Shown here piece after piece: positions 1 through 8,707 of a DNA stretch of 64,000 bases (position 1 is its first letter; every line of letters starts with the position of its first letter). Position numbers and translations under genes: made by a program. Source of the stretch: a bacterium (lineage in GTDB: Bacteria; Hydrothermota; 32-111). The stretch is taken from contig JBFXGO010000006.1 in NCBI GenBank assembly GCA_050239825.1, forward strand, positions 4,690 to 68,689, written 5' to 3'. The notes under the pieces are model-generated. The model did not search any database, was not told the origin of the DNA, and saw only the letters and a list, made by a program, of their open reading frames with translations.

Positions 1-536
1 TGAAGCATGTTCTCAGGCAGGATCCGGATATAATTCTAATGGGAGAAATCAGAGATATGGACACTATGGATGTGGCTATAAAAGCCGCCGATACTGGGCA
101 TCTTGTGTTATCTACACTTCATACGCTCAATGCCTCTGAGACAATAAACAGAATCCTCTCCTTCTATCCTCCTCATCAGCAGCAGCATATAAGAGTGCTT
201 CTTGCAACAACTCTTGTCGGAGTTCTGTCGCTTCGTCTTCTTCCAAGAACGGACGGGAAGGGCAGAGTTCCGGCTACAGAGGTGATGATAAACACACCTA
301 CAATAAAAGAGTACCTGCTGGACCCGATAAAAACTCTTCTCATTCCCACGGCGATAGATGAGGGGCAGCAGTATCAGATGCATACATTTGATCAATCAGT
401 TATGAGATTGTATAAGTCGGGTATAATTACCTATGATGACGCCCTGCAGTCTGTGACCAATGTCGATGAGTTCAAATTGAAACTCAGAGGCATAGAATCA
501 AGCGAGGGCGATGCATTTAACACATTTAGGGACTGA
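1..536 (+). CDS. pilT: Type IV pilus retraction ATPase PilT/PilU family, C-terminal part (5' end upstream of window)
   Basis: Frame is open from the window edge. The translation [41 protein letters not shown] matches the conserved PilT Asp-box/His-box region. The tail is typical of PilT (GIITYDDAL). Confidence 0.85.
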   Translation, partial: KHVLRQDPDIILMGEIRDMDTMDVAIKAADTGHLVLSTLHTLNASETINRILSFYPPHQQQHIRVLLATTLVGVLSLRLLPRTDGKGRVPATEVMINTPTIKEYLLDPIKTLLIPTAIDEGQQYQMHTFDQSVMRLYKSGIITYDDALQSVTNVDEFKLKLRGIESSEGDAFNTFRD

Positions 537-543
537 GGTATTT

Positions 544-1146
544 ATGTCATTAGTCAATTACGCGAAGAAAGAGATCATCTGCAAAGTGGTTTATTACGGT
601 CCCGGAAGGTCGGGAAAAACAACAAATCTGCAGTATATCTTCAGTAAAATACCAGTTGAAAAGCGAGGAGAGATGACATCTCTTGCCACTGAAATGGATA
701 GGACGCTATTCTTTGACTTTCTTCCGTTTGATGTGGGCAAAATCGGAAATTTCAATGCAAAATTTCAGCTCTACACGGTTCCCGGGCAGGTGTATTATGA
801 TTCAACAAGAAAACTTGTCCTTCAGGGTGCGGACGGAGTCGTCTTTGTCGCAGATTCACAGGTTGACAGAATGGAAGACAATATTGAGTCATTTGAAAAT
901 CTTGCCCTGAATCTGAAAGAGAATGGATTCAGCATTGACACGATGCCTCTGGTTGTTCAGTACAACAAGAGGGACCTTCCGAATGCGGTTGATATTCAGT
1001 CGATCAAAAGCGCGCTTCAGTTGAGGGATGACTGGAAGACATTTGAAGCTGTGGCAACAAAAGGTGTCGGAGTTATAGAGACCCTTAAAGATGCAATGTT
1101 TACGGTTATTAAGCAACTGACAAGAAGGTATGATAACAAAAGATGA
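544..1146 (+). CDS. mglA: MglA-type Ras-like small GTPase (motility/polarity switch)
   Basis: Read from the ATG at 544 (MSLVNYAKKEI...). P-loop is YYGPGRSGKTTNLQYI. The MglA-specific switch II is LYTVPGQVYY. NKRD guanine-specificity motif is present. By eye it is near-colinear with Myxococcus MglA over the full length. Confidence 0.9.
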   Translation: MSLVNYAKKEIICKVVYYGPGRSGKTTNLQYIFSKIPVEKRGEMTSLATEMDRTLFFDFLPFDVGKIGNFNAKFQLYTVPGQVYYDSTRKLVLQGADGVVFVADSQVDRMEDNIESFENLALNLKENGFSIDTMPLVVQYNKRDLPNAVDIQSIKSALQLRDDWKTFEAVATKGVGVIETLKDAMFTVIKQLTRRYDNKR

Positions 1147-2813
1147 ATGATAGCGACATTAAAGAGTTTCAGGAGATATTCGGTACAAGGCAGAGGCACA
1201 GAGATAACTCTGAGCTTCCCGAAAATCCTTTTCTGAAATCTGAGCTTTCCTACGCAGTCTCCACCGGAACTCTTACATCAAAAGTCATAGTGGTGCAGTC
1301 AGCCGACAGTTCTGCGGAAATATTTGCCGATAAAATGGCAGAATCCATCTCATCTTCATTTCCAGATTTTTATATTTTCAGAATAGACCTAAAAGAGATG
1401 GTCGAGCTGATGAAATTCAACGCACTTTCGAAATACAAAAAATTTCTTGTTTATTCAAATCTTCTGATAATCGAGAATCTTGAGCAGATAGAGAAGAATA
1501 AAGTAGTTTACGATGCCATTGTAGAAATCATAAACTCGCTTCACGCCACTTCATATCTGTTGGTAACTGCGAAAAAGAATCTTGAAGATATTGGCATGGA
1601 TATGAAGACAAGAAACTTCTTAATGACGGGTAAATTCTTTGCGCTCAAAGATGATTTGAAGAAGCAAGAAAACAGTCCGATCGAGGATTTTGCCGATTTT
1701 ATAAGTCAGGTCAAGCAGGAAGCCGGAGTGCAGGAGAATCTCAACGAGGGCGAGAAACGGGAGGAGTTCATCGAAAAACTCTATATATGGGAAATGAAAG
1801 GATTCAATGTAGACAGACTGAAGAATGTGATCAATAACAATGACATCTCCCTCATAAAAAAAGAATTCAGCGATTTCACCGGAAAAATAAGAGAGCTTGT
1901 GGAACTGCATAAAGATTACGGATTGCTTAACATCAGGGAGTTCAAGAAAGAATCTAGGGAAATCGAGGAGATTCTCTTTGATCCGGATAAGCTTGAAACA
2001 ATCAAGGCGAAAACGGAGGAATTGAAGGAAAAGATAAAATATCTCAGGATGTTCAGGAATAATGTGAAGCTTTCGATGACCTATGAAACATTTATAACGG
2101 ATGCGACGAACCGCTCAGCGTACAACAAAATAACCGAGGTAATCAACAATGAAAATGCCGAGAAGATAATTATTCTAACAGGGACAAACGGCACTGGAAA
2201 GACGCATCTGCTTAACAGCGTGTGCAATTACTTTCCGGATAACAGAATAATCTTCCTGGATAAAACCAATATTGATTTAGCGGTAAACTCTTCCTATGTG
2301 ATGAGATATATGGAAGACCTTTCGATGATACTGATAGATGATTTTGACATTCTCTTTGAGAACAAAGCGAACAAGGCGGTTCTTAAGAATGTTATTATGA
2401 ACAATGTGCCGAAAATTATATCTATGTATAGAAAATTCAGCATTGACGACAGGGAGCTTTTGAATTATCTGAACAAATTTCAATCATTCAACATTCAGCC
2501 GACATCTCTGTTTATAAAGAAAAATGTGTTCAAAACAATGTTTTCGCGTCTTGGAATCCAGACGAATGATTTCATAATGAATTACATGCTTGATACCATT
2601 GAATCTCCTCTTTCATCCATAGAGAAACAGTTCGCACAGCTCTCACAGAATTTATCCGAAGGAGTTCCGACTATAGAGGCGATTGACAGAATATTTCCCC
2701 CGGTTGAATCGAAGAAAGTAGCATCAAAGAAAAAAGGCGAATACGACACATCTCGGCTTATAAAAGAGTGGATAAATGAGCATGACAGGCTCTATGTCGA
2801 ATTTGAGGTCTAA
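1143..2813 (+). CDS. Uncharacterised 556-aa protein with two tandem DnaA/Hda-like AAA+ modules (N-terminal degenerate, C-terminal with intact Walker A/B) joined by a charged helical linker
   Basis: C-module: TYETFITDATNRSAY...IIILTGTNGTGKTHLLNSV...MILIDDFDILFENKANK parallels DnaA domain III (TFDNFV.G.SN..A, GG.GLGKTHLL, LLIDDIQF). N-module: VIVVQSADSSAEIFADKMAESI...LLIIENLEQIEKNKVVYDAIVEIINSLHATSYLLVTAKKNLEDIG has the same layout but lacks GKT and DD. It overlaps mglA by 4 nt. Confidence 0.6.
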   Translation: MNDSDIKEFQEIFGTRQRHRDNSELPENPFLKSELSYAVSTGTLTSKVIVVQSADSSAEIFADKMAESISSSFPDFYIFRIDLKEMVELMKFNALSKYKKFLVYSNLLIIENLEQIEKNKVVYDAIVEIINSLHATSYLLVTAKKNLEDIGMDMKTRNFLMTGKFFALKDDLKKQENSPIEDFADFISQVKQEAGVQENLNEGEKREEFIEKLYIWEMKGFNVDRLKNVINNNDISLIKKEFSDFTGKIRELVELHKDYGLLNIREFKKESREIEEILFDPDKLETIKAKTEELKEKIKYLRMFRNNVKLSMTYETFITDATNRSAYNKITEVINNENAEKIIILTGTNGTGKTHLLNSVCNYFPDNRIIFLDKTNIDLAVNSSYVMRYMEDLSMILIDDFDILFENKANKAVLKNVIMNNVPKIISMYRKFSIDDRELLNYLNKFQSFNIQPTSLFIKKNVFKTMFSRLGIQTNDFIMNYMLDTIESPLSSIEKQFAQLSQNLSEGVPTIEAIDRIFPPVESKKVASKKKGEYDTSRLIKEWINEHDRLYVEFEV

Positions 2814-4412
2814 ATGAGCATAAGGGGAAATCTTAAAGAGGCATCTCTTCCTGATGTAATTCAGCTTCTTTCACTCGGAAGAAAAACGGGAGTTCTAAGC
2901 GTATCCGACAAGAAAAATTTCGGAGACATTTTTTTTAAAGACGGTAAAATAATATATTGTTCGATAGTCAACAGAGAGGAGCGCATCGGCAATCTTCTTG
3001 TCAAGTATTCGGATATCACAAAGGAGCAGCTTGAAAAGGCTCTTGAAATCCAAGAAGAGATGAAAGGCATGAAGAGACTTGGAGATATACTTATTGAATC
3101 AGGGTACATAACGCAGGATATCCTTGTTGACAGAATAAAAAAACAGATAATCGACTCAATTTTCACACTGCTCACCTGGAAGGAAGGATTTTTCAATTTT
3201 GAACCGGATATCCCGCCCGTGTCTGAAACCATAACGGTTGAGCTTGAAGCAGATGATATTCTGCTTGAAGAGGCGCGCAAGATAGACGAATGGTCGATTA
3301 TAGAGAGTGAATTGCCGAGTGAAAAAGTCATACTCGTAAAAACAAGCATCAAAGATGAAAATACTCTCCAGGAAGAGAATGAAAAGTATGTTTATTCTCT
3401 TGTCAACAACAGGCTCTCCGTAAAGGAAATATTCGATAAGACTGTTTTGGGAAAATATGAAACGGGGAAGGCTATCTATACTCTTCTGAAAGTCGGCTAC
3501 ATCTATTCGGGAGAGGAGAAGCAGTTGGAAGTTTCAACAGATGTGCAGGCAAAGGTGACCGAACACCACAATCTCGGGCTTGCATTCCTTCTAACTGAAA
3601 TGTTTGAAGAGGCATTGCGCGAATTCAGACACATAATTCAAATTGACAAGACTAACATAAAGGCATATTTTTATATAGCGCTTATCTATTTCAGGCTTAA
3701 AGAGTATGAAAAAGCACTCTCTTCGTTTGAGGAGCTTTTAAAGCTGGGGGTTGCCAATGTTGCTCTCTTCAATAATATTGCGCTGACATTTGAGAGACTC
3801 AATAACTTTGAAAGAGCAGACGAATTCTACGAAAGAGCTCTCAAACTGGAGCCGGAAAATGCGAAGATACTCTCCAATTACGGAATTCTTTCATTTAAAA
3901 TGAATCTTTTTTCCGAAGCCGAAGAGAAGCTTAAAATGGCTCTGAAGATAGACCCGAACCTCAAGCATGCGTCATTCTTTCTTGCGCTAGTCTATTTTGA
4001 GAATGGCATGGTAAGCGAGTCAACAAACATTCTCTTCTCTCTCGTCAAGCAGGACAATACGATATGGCAGGTCTATTACAACATTGCCGAAATATACATG
4101 ATAAGCGGCAAATCAGAATCTGCGGAATCAATGTTCAAGAAGGCGGTTGAGACATCTAATTCAGATCCTATACCGTACAAAGCGCTTGTTGAGTATTATT
4201 TTACAGAGAAAAATTTTGATGCGGCAGAGAATGTGCTTGAAGAAATAATAAATCTGGGCAAGGCTGATTTTGAAATATTCTACAAGATGGGAAACCTGAA
4301 ATACAGAAAGGGAATCAAGAAGGATGCAGTAGAATACTGGGAAAGAGCGCTGGAGCTTCAGCCGACCAATGAAATAGTGAAACGCACTCTGGAGACTGTG
4401 AAAAATGGTTGA
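2814..4412 (+). CDS. PATAN (DUF4388) domain protein with C-terminal TPR repeats
   Basis: N-terminus GNLKEASLPDVIQLLSLGRKTGVLSVSDKKNFGDIFFKDGKIIYC is the typical DUF4388/PATAN signature. The C-terminal half holds multiple 34-aa TPR-like repeats (AYFYIALIYFRLKEYEKALSSFEELLKL etc.). It abuts the preceding stop codon. Confidence 0.8.
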   Translation: MSIRGNLKEASLPDVIQLLSLGRKTGVLSVSDKKNFGDIFFKDGKIIYCSIVNREERIGNLLVKYSDITKEQLEKALEIQEEMKGMKRLGDILIESGYITQDILVDRIKKQIIDSIFTLLTWKEGFFNFEPDIPPVSETITVELEADDILLEEARKIDEWSIIESELPSEKVILVKTSIKDENTLQEENEKYVYSLVNNRLSVKEIFDKTVLGKYETGKAIYTLLKVGYIYSGEEKQLEVSTDVQAKVTEHHNLGLAFLLTEMFEEALREFRHIIQIDKTNIKAYFYIALIYFRLKEYEKALSSFEELLKLGVANVALFNNIALTFERLNNFERADEFYERALKLEPENAKILSNYGILSFKMNLFSEAEEKLKMALKIDPNLKHASFFLALVYFENGMVSESTNILFSLVKQDNTIWQVYYNIAEIYMISGKSESAESMFKKAVETSNSDPIPYKALVEYYFTEKNFDAAENVLEEIINLGKADFEIFYKMGNLKYRKGIKKDAVEYWERALELQPTNEIVKRTLETVKNG

Positions 4413-5223
4413 TAATGATTATCAGATGCTTATTGACTATATAAGCAGGCATATAAGCATAGACGGAAATCTATACAAAGAGAAACCTTTCAAAAGAAGG
4501 CTGAATGTCAGAATGCGCCATAATAATATGACCGAATATCGCGAGTATCTTGATTTTTTAAGAACAAGCTCGGAGGAGCTTCGAAAATTAAAGGACACGT
4601 TAACAATAAATGTAACCCGATTCTACAGAAACAGAGAGACTTTTGAATATCTTGAACAGTTCATAATCAAAGATATTTTCAAAAAAAATCAAAGAATAAG
4701 GATATTAAGCGCGGGGTCCTCAACAGGAGAGGAGGCTTACACAATTTCCATGATAATAAACAACAACTTCAGGAATTCTTCCCAAAAGTGTGAAATTGTC
4801 GGTATTGATGTAGACACACTGTCCGTGGAGAGGGCGAAAATCGGAATATACAATGAATTTTCCTTCATGGAGTTGAAGGCGGAGGAGATTGATAAATATT
4901 TCAGAAAGAGCGGAGCTCATTTTGTTTTGAGTGAAGAATTGAAAAAAAATGTTGAGTTCATAATAATGGATATAAAAGAGAGTGATGCTCTTTTAAGGTT
5001 GGGAAAATTTGATATGATCGTCTGCAGAAATATTTTGATATATTTTTCAAAAGATTTTCAAGAGAAAATAATATCCGATTTTCATAAAATGCTAAAAAAT
5101 GACGGATACCTTGTTCTCGGAAAAGTGGAGATACTCACTGGACATGTGAAGGAACTTTTTGAAACAGTGAACAGAAAGGAAAGGGTTTTTAAAAAAATTG
5201 CTTATACACATACGAATAGCTGA
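4405..5223 (+). CDS. cheR: Chemotaxis protein methyltransferase CheR
   Basis: Carries the TINVTRFYRN motif and the SAM-binding motif RILSAGSSTGEEAYTISMII, plus CRNILIYF. Overlaps the upstream gene by 8 nt. Confidence 0.9.
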   Translation: MVDNDYQMLIDYISRHISIDGNLYKEKPFKRRLNVRMRHNNMTEYREYLDFLRTSSEELRKLKDTLTINVTRFYRNRETFEYLEQFIIKDIFKKNQRIRILSAGSSTGEEAYTISMIINNNFRNSSQKCEIVGIDVDTLSVERAKIGIYNEFSFMELKAEEIDKYFRKSGAHFVLSEELKKNVEFIIMDIKESDALLRLGKFDMIVCRNILIYFSKDFQEKIISDFHKMLKNDGYLVLGKVEILTGHVKELFETVNRKERVFKKIAYTHTNS

Positions 5224-5677
5224 CGCGAATATTGCATTTGAGGATGATGTATTGAAGACAATCGGTCTCGGTTCTTGCGTTGCGGTGACTCTTTATGACA
5301 GAGAAAAAAAAATAGGAGGAATGATCCATTTTATGCTACCCAGCAAGATATTTTCCAAAACATTCTTCAATCCTTACAAATACTGCGACACGGGGCTGAC
5401 AAATTTGATTATGGAGATGGAACAACTCGGAGCAAGAAAATACAGAATAGAGGCAAAACTTGTCGGAGGCGCCAATATGTTCTCCCTATTTATCAAGAAT
5501 ATAGAAGAATCAATAGGGTACAGAAATATTGAGATGGCTAAGAAAATTCTTCGAGAGAACAGAATTCCCGTGATCGCCGAGGATACGGGAAGCGACTACA
5601 GCAGGTCGGTTGAATTGACAGTGAAGACGGGCATAATAAAAGTCACTTCATATAAGAATGGGGAGATTCAGTATTGA
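5198..5677 (+). CDS. cheD: Chemoreceptor glutamine deamidase CheD
   Basis: Carries the TIGLGSCVAVTLYD active-site Cys motif, MIHFMLP and KLVGGANMF. TTG start overlaps cheR by 26 nt, so the exact start is uncertain. Confidence 0.85.
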   Translation: MLIHIRIADANIAFEDDVLKTIGLGSCVAVTLYDREKKIGGMIHFMLPSKIFSKTFFNPYKYCDTGLTNLIMEMEQLGARKYRIEAKLVGGANMFSLFIKNIEESIGYRNIEMAKKILRENRIPVIAEDTGSDYSRSVELTVKTGIIKVTSYKNGEIQY

Positions 5678-6717
5678 AGGTATACAGAGTACTTGTTGTT
5701 GATGATTCGCTCTTGATGCGGCAGATAATAAAGGACATAGTAAATTCCGAGAAGTCTTTCATTGTAGTCGGAGAAGCGGCAGACGGAGCCGAAGCAATAG
5801 AAAAATTCAAACAGCTTGATCCTGATATTGTCACTCTTGATATAGAGATGCCGAAAATAAACGGACTGATAAGCCTTCAGCAGATACTCAAAATAAAACC
5901 TGTTCCGGTTATCATAATAAGCGCATATTCCAAAGTCGGATCGAAGATCGCTCTTAAAGCTCTGGAATTCGGAGCATTTGACATTGTTGAAAAACCGTCC
6001 GGGTCTATTTCTATAGACATCGCGGTTAAAAAAGAAGAGATAATACAGAAGATGATCTGCGGAATAAAAGCGGACATAAGCAGGCTTTTACATGAATTCA
6101 CGGGACTATCTGACAAATCGGATAAAAAGATAAGGCAGACGGAGAAAGCATCTAATCTCATTGCTATAGCATCCTCGACGGGCGGTCCGAAGTCGCTGAT
6201 GGATATAATACCGAGAATTCAGTCAAACATCAATGCTGGAATCGCAGTGGTGCAGCACATGCCTGCAGGATTCACCCGTTCATTTTCCGAAAGAATGAAC
6301 TCAATGTCCAATCTGAATGTTTATGAATCTTTTGAAAATTGCGTGCTCAGGAACGGGGACTGCGTTATAGCACAGGGAGGAAAGCACACGGTTTTCGATG
6401 AAGACGGAATAATACACCTTTCCGATGACCCTCCATATCATTCCGTAAAACCTGCTGCTGATATAATGATGCTGTCTGCGGTAAAGCATTTCAAGGAAAG
6501 AATAATAGGTGTTGTGCTAACAGGTATGGGCAAGGACGGTTCTGAAGGCGTGTTCATAATAAACAAGATGGGCGGCACAAATATAGCGGAGTCAAAGGAG
6601 ACTTCCGTTGTTTTCGGAATGCCGAAAGCCGCAATAGAAACAGGCAAAGTCGATTTCATTCTTGATAGGGATAAAATCGCGCGAAAAATAGAGGAGTTGG
6701 CAAATGAAATGGCTTGA
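5674..6717 (+). CDS. cheB: Chemotaxis response regulator protein-glutamate methylesterase CheB
   Basis: N-terminal receiver (VLVVDDSLLMR...DIVTLDIEMPKINGL). C-terminal methylesterase motifs IASSTGGP, VQHMPAGFT and GMGKDGSEG. TTG start overlaps cheD by 4 nt. Confidence 0.9.
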   Translation: MKVYRVLVVDDSLLMRQIIKDIVNSEKSFIVVGEAADGAEAIEKFKQLDPDIVTLDIEMPKINGLISLQQILKIKPVPVIIISAYSKVGSKIALKALEFGAFDIVEKPSGSISIDIAVKKEEIIQKMICGIKADISRLLHEFTGLSDKSDKKIRQTEKASNLIAIASSTGGPKSLMDIIPRIQSNINAGIAVVQHMPAGFTRSFSERMNSMSNLNVYESFENCVLRNGDCVIAQGGKHTVFDEDGIIHLSDDPPYHSVKPAADIMMLSAVKHFKERIIGVVLTGMGKDGSEGVFIINKMGGTNIAESKETSVVFGMPKAAIETGKVDFILDRDKIARKIEELANEMA

Positions 6718-7549
6718 AGCAAAAAAAGAGATTGAAGCGCATCTTGAAAAACTTGAAAATATTGTTGCTACGGGAAAATACGGAGAAGAACATATCAAGA
6801 GCGAACTCATGGAAATATACAAACAGGTGATAGCCATAAACAATTTTGTCAAACATTCTGACGCGAGAATCAAAAATCTGGCTAAACACATAATGAACCC
6901 GTCGGTAAGCAAGGACGGCCTCAAGACATTTGTTCAGTCTATGAAGATAGCGCCTGTAGATCTGACAACTTATATCGACAAGGGCTGGAATTTTATGGTT
7001 GACGAACAGTATGATGATGCCGTTGAGATACTTGAGAAAGCGATAAGCCTGTCGCCGAATGATGTCAAATCTCTGGGGCTTCTGGGTTGGGCGTATATAC
7101 ATAAGGAAAGATACGATGATGCAATGAGCATTTTTCAAACGGTTCTTTCTCTTGATCCGGAGAATGCCATTGCAAAGAACAATCTTGGTTTTGTCTGCTT
7201 CAAAAAAGGCATTTTCGGAGAGGCGATAGAACATCTCACCTCTGTGATTAAATCCACGGAAGACAAGATGTCTCTCATATATGCACATTTTTACCTCGGT
7301 TTGATTTATCTTGACAGAGAGATGTATGAAGATGCAATACGATTCCTTCTGAAAACAATAGAACTGGGGCCCAATCACATGGAGGCATACTATTACCTTG
7401 GATTGGCTTATTTTGAGTCGGGAAAGGAGAGCAAGGGCATCAAAACATTGAAGGACCTTATCAAGAAAAACCGATACAACAGGTGGGCTCAGAAGGCAGA
7501 GGAAAAACTTAAAGAGTTAACCGGAGAAAAAAATGAAAAAGAAAATTGA
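6704..7549 (+). CDS. TPR repeat protein
   Basis: Repeated TPR consensus segments (YDDAVEILEKAISLSPNDVKSLGLLGWAY, YDDAMSIFQTVLSLDPENAIAKNNLGFV, YEDAIRFLLKTIELGPNHMEAYYYLGLAY). Overlaps cheB by 14 nt. Confidence 0.8.
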   Translation: MKWLEAKKEIEAHLEKLENIVATGKYGEEHIKSELMEIYKQVIAINNFVKHSDARIKNLAKHIMNPSVSKDGLKTFVQSMKIAPVDLTTYIDKGWNFMVDEQYDDAVEILEKAISLSPNDVKSLGLLGWAYIHKERYDDAMSIFQTVLSLDPENAIAKNNLGFVCFKKGIFGEAIEHLTSVIKSTEDKMSLIYAHFYLGLIYLDREMYEDAIRFLLKTIELGPNHMEAYYYLGLAYFESGKESKGIKTLKDLIKKNRYNRWAQKAEEKLKELTGEKNEKEN

Positions 7550-8270
7550 CCTTCAGGAGATTCTCGGCGGCGAAAAGCCGGAAAAAAAGCAGAGGCAGAA
7601 AAAAACGGAAAAGAGGGAGAACTCCAAAATAAATGCAACTGTCGAAAAGAAGATGGAAACTCCTATATTATTGACGGAAAAAAGAAATCCAGATCCTGTC
7701 GTCAATAAGGTTCAGAAAAAGGAAGACTCAAAAACAGTACAGCAGGAGCCGGTCAATATAAGACAGATGAAAGACATCTCGGAGAAGAAGGATGAATCTG
7801 ATATTGTGAAGGAGTATGTGACATTCCTGTTGAAGAAAGAAGAGTATGCAATTGACAGTGATTTTGTGAGACAGATTATAAAATACAAAAAAACTATAGA
7901 TATTGGATTGAAGAGCGACCTTTTCTTTGGCGTTACAAATATGAAAGACGGAGTCCTGCCTCTTGTTGACTTCAGAAAAAAATTCGGCATGTCGGAAGAG
8001 AGAAAAGAGGAAGGTTCGATAATTATTCTTCAGATTGATGATCTTAGAGTTGGAGTTTATGTGGATTATCTTGTGGGAATTGTGCGGTTCAAGGACTCTG
8101 ACATAAAACAAATCCCCCCTTTTCTTCCCGAAAGACAGCTTGCGTATGTGACGGGTATCGGAATAAAATCAGGTAAATTCAAAAAAATAATCATTATTCT
8201 TAATCATTTGAATCTCTTTACAAGGGATGATATAAGGGAAATGAAGAGGATTCCGGAGATGTATAAGTGA
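7533..8270 (+). CDS. CheW-like coupling protein with a ~95-aa Lys/Glu-rich N-terminal extension
   Basis: The C-terminal ~145 aa (EYVTFLLKKEEYAIDSDFVRQIIKY...GVLPLVDFRKKFG...IIILQIDDLRVGVYVDYLVGIV) follows the CheW domain pattern. The N-terminus is low-complexity K/E/Q-rich. Confidence 0.75.
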   Translation: MKKKIDLQEILGGEKPEKKQRQKKTEKRENSKINATVEKKMETPILLTEKRNPDPVVNKVQKKEDSKTVQQEPVNIRQMKDISEKKDESDIVKEYVTFLLKKEEYAIDSDFVRQIIKYKKTIDIGLKSDLFFGVTNMKDGVLPLVDFRKKFGMSEERKEEGSIIILQIDDLRVGVYVDYLVGIVRFKDSDIKQIPPFLPERQLAYVTGIGIKSGKFKKIIIILNHLNLFTRDDIREMKRIPEMYK

Positions 8271-8707
8271 TAATGCAGAGAGTTTTATACCTTATCCCTT
8301 CATGTTTTTTTATAGGCAATTTGAAAGGGGGAGGCACGATAGTTTCCGTTTTATTCTGCTTAACAGCATATTTTCTCAAAGCGAACGACCTGCAAATGTT
8401 CTTTGTTTTTTCCATATCGCTTTTTCTGACATCTCTTTCAATAGAAAAATCATTTCTTTTCAAGGGAGATGACAGCCGCATTGTAGCTGATGAATTGATA
8501 GGGATGGTGGTCTCTCTTCTTTTTTTGCCTCGGTCAATTTTGATTTATATTTCAGCTCTTGCAGTCTTCAGGTTTTTTGACATTTCAAAACCTTATCTCA
8601 TTAAACAATCAGAGTCCATTGGCGGTTCAACGGGAATCATCATGGATGATGTTCTGTCGGGAGTTGCATCCAATATTGTAATAAGGATTTTTCTGTGGAT
8701 GATATGA
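8267..8707 (+). CDS. pgpA: Phosphatidylglycerophosphatase A
   Basis: DDSRIVADELIGM...FRFFDISKP...GIIMDDVLSGVASNI matches the PgpA family pattern. It is an integral membrane protein. Confidence 0.8.
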   Translation: MIMQRVLYLIPSCFFIGNLKGGGTIVSVLFCLTAYFLKANDLQMFFVFSISLFLTSLSIEKSFLFKGDDSRIVADELIGMVVSLLFLPRSILIYISALAVFRFFDISKPYLIKQSESIGGSTGIIMDDVLSGVASNIVIRIFLWMI

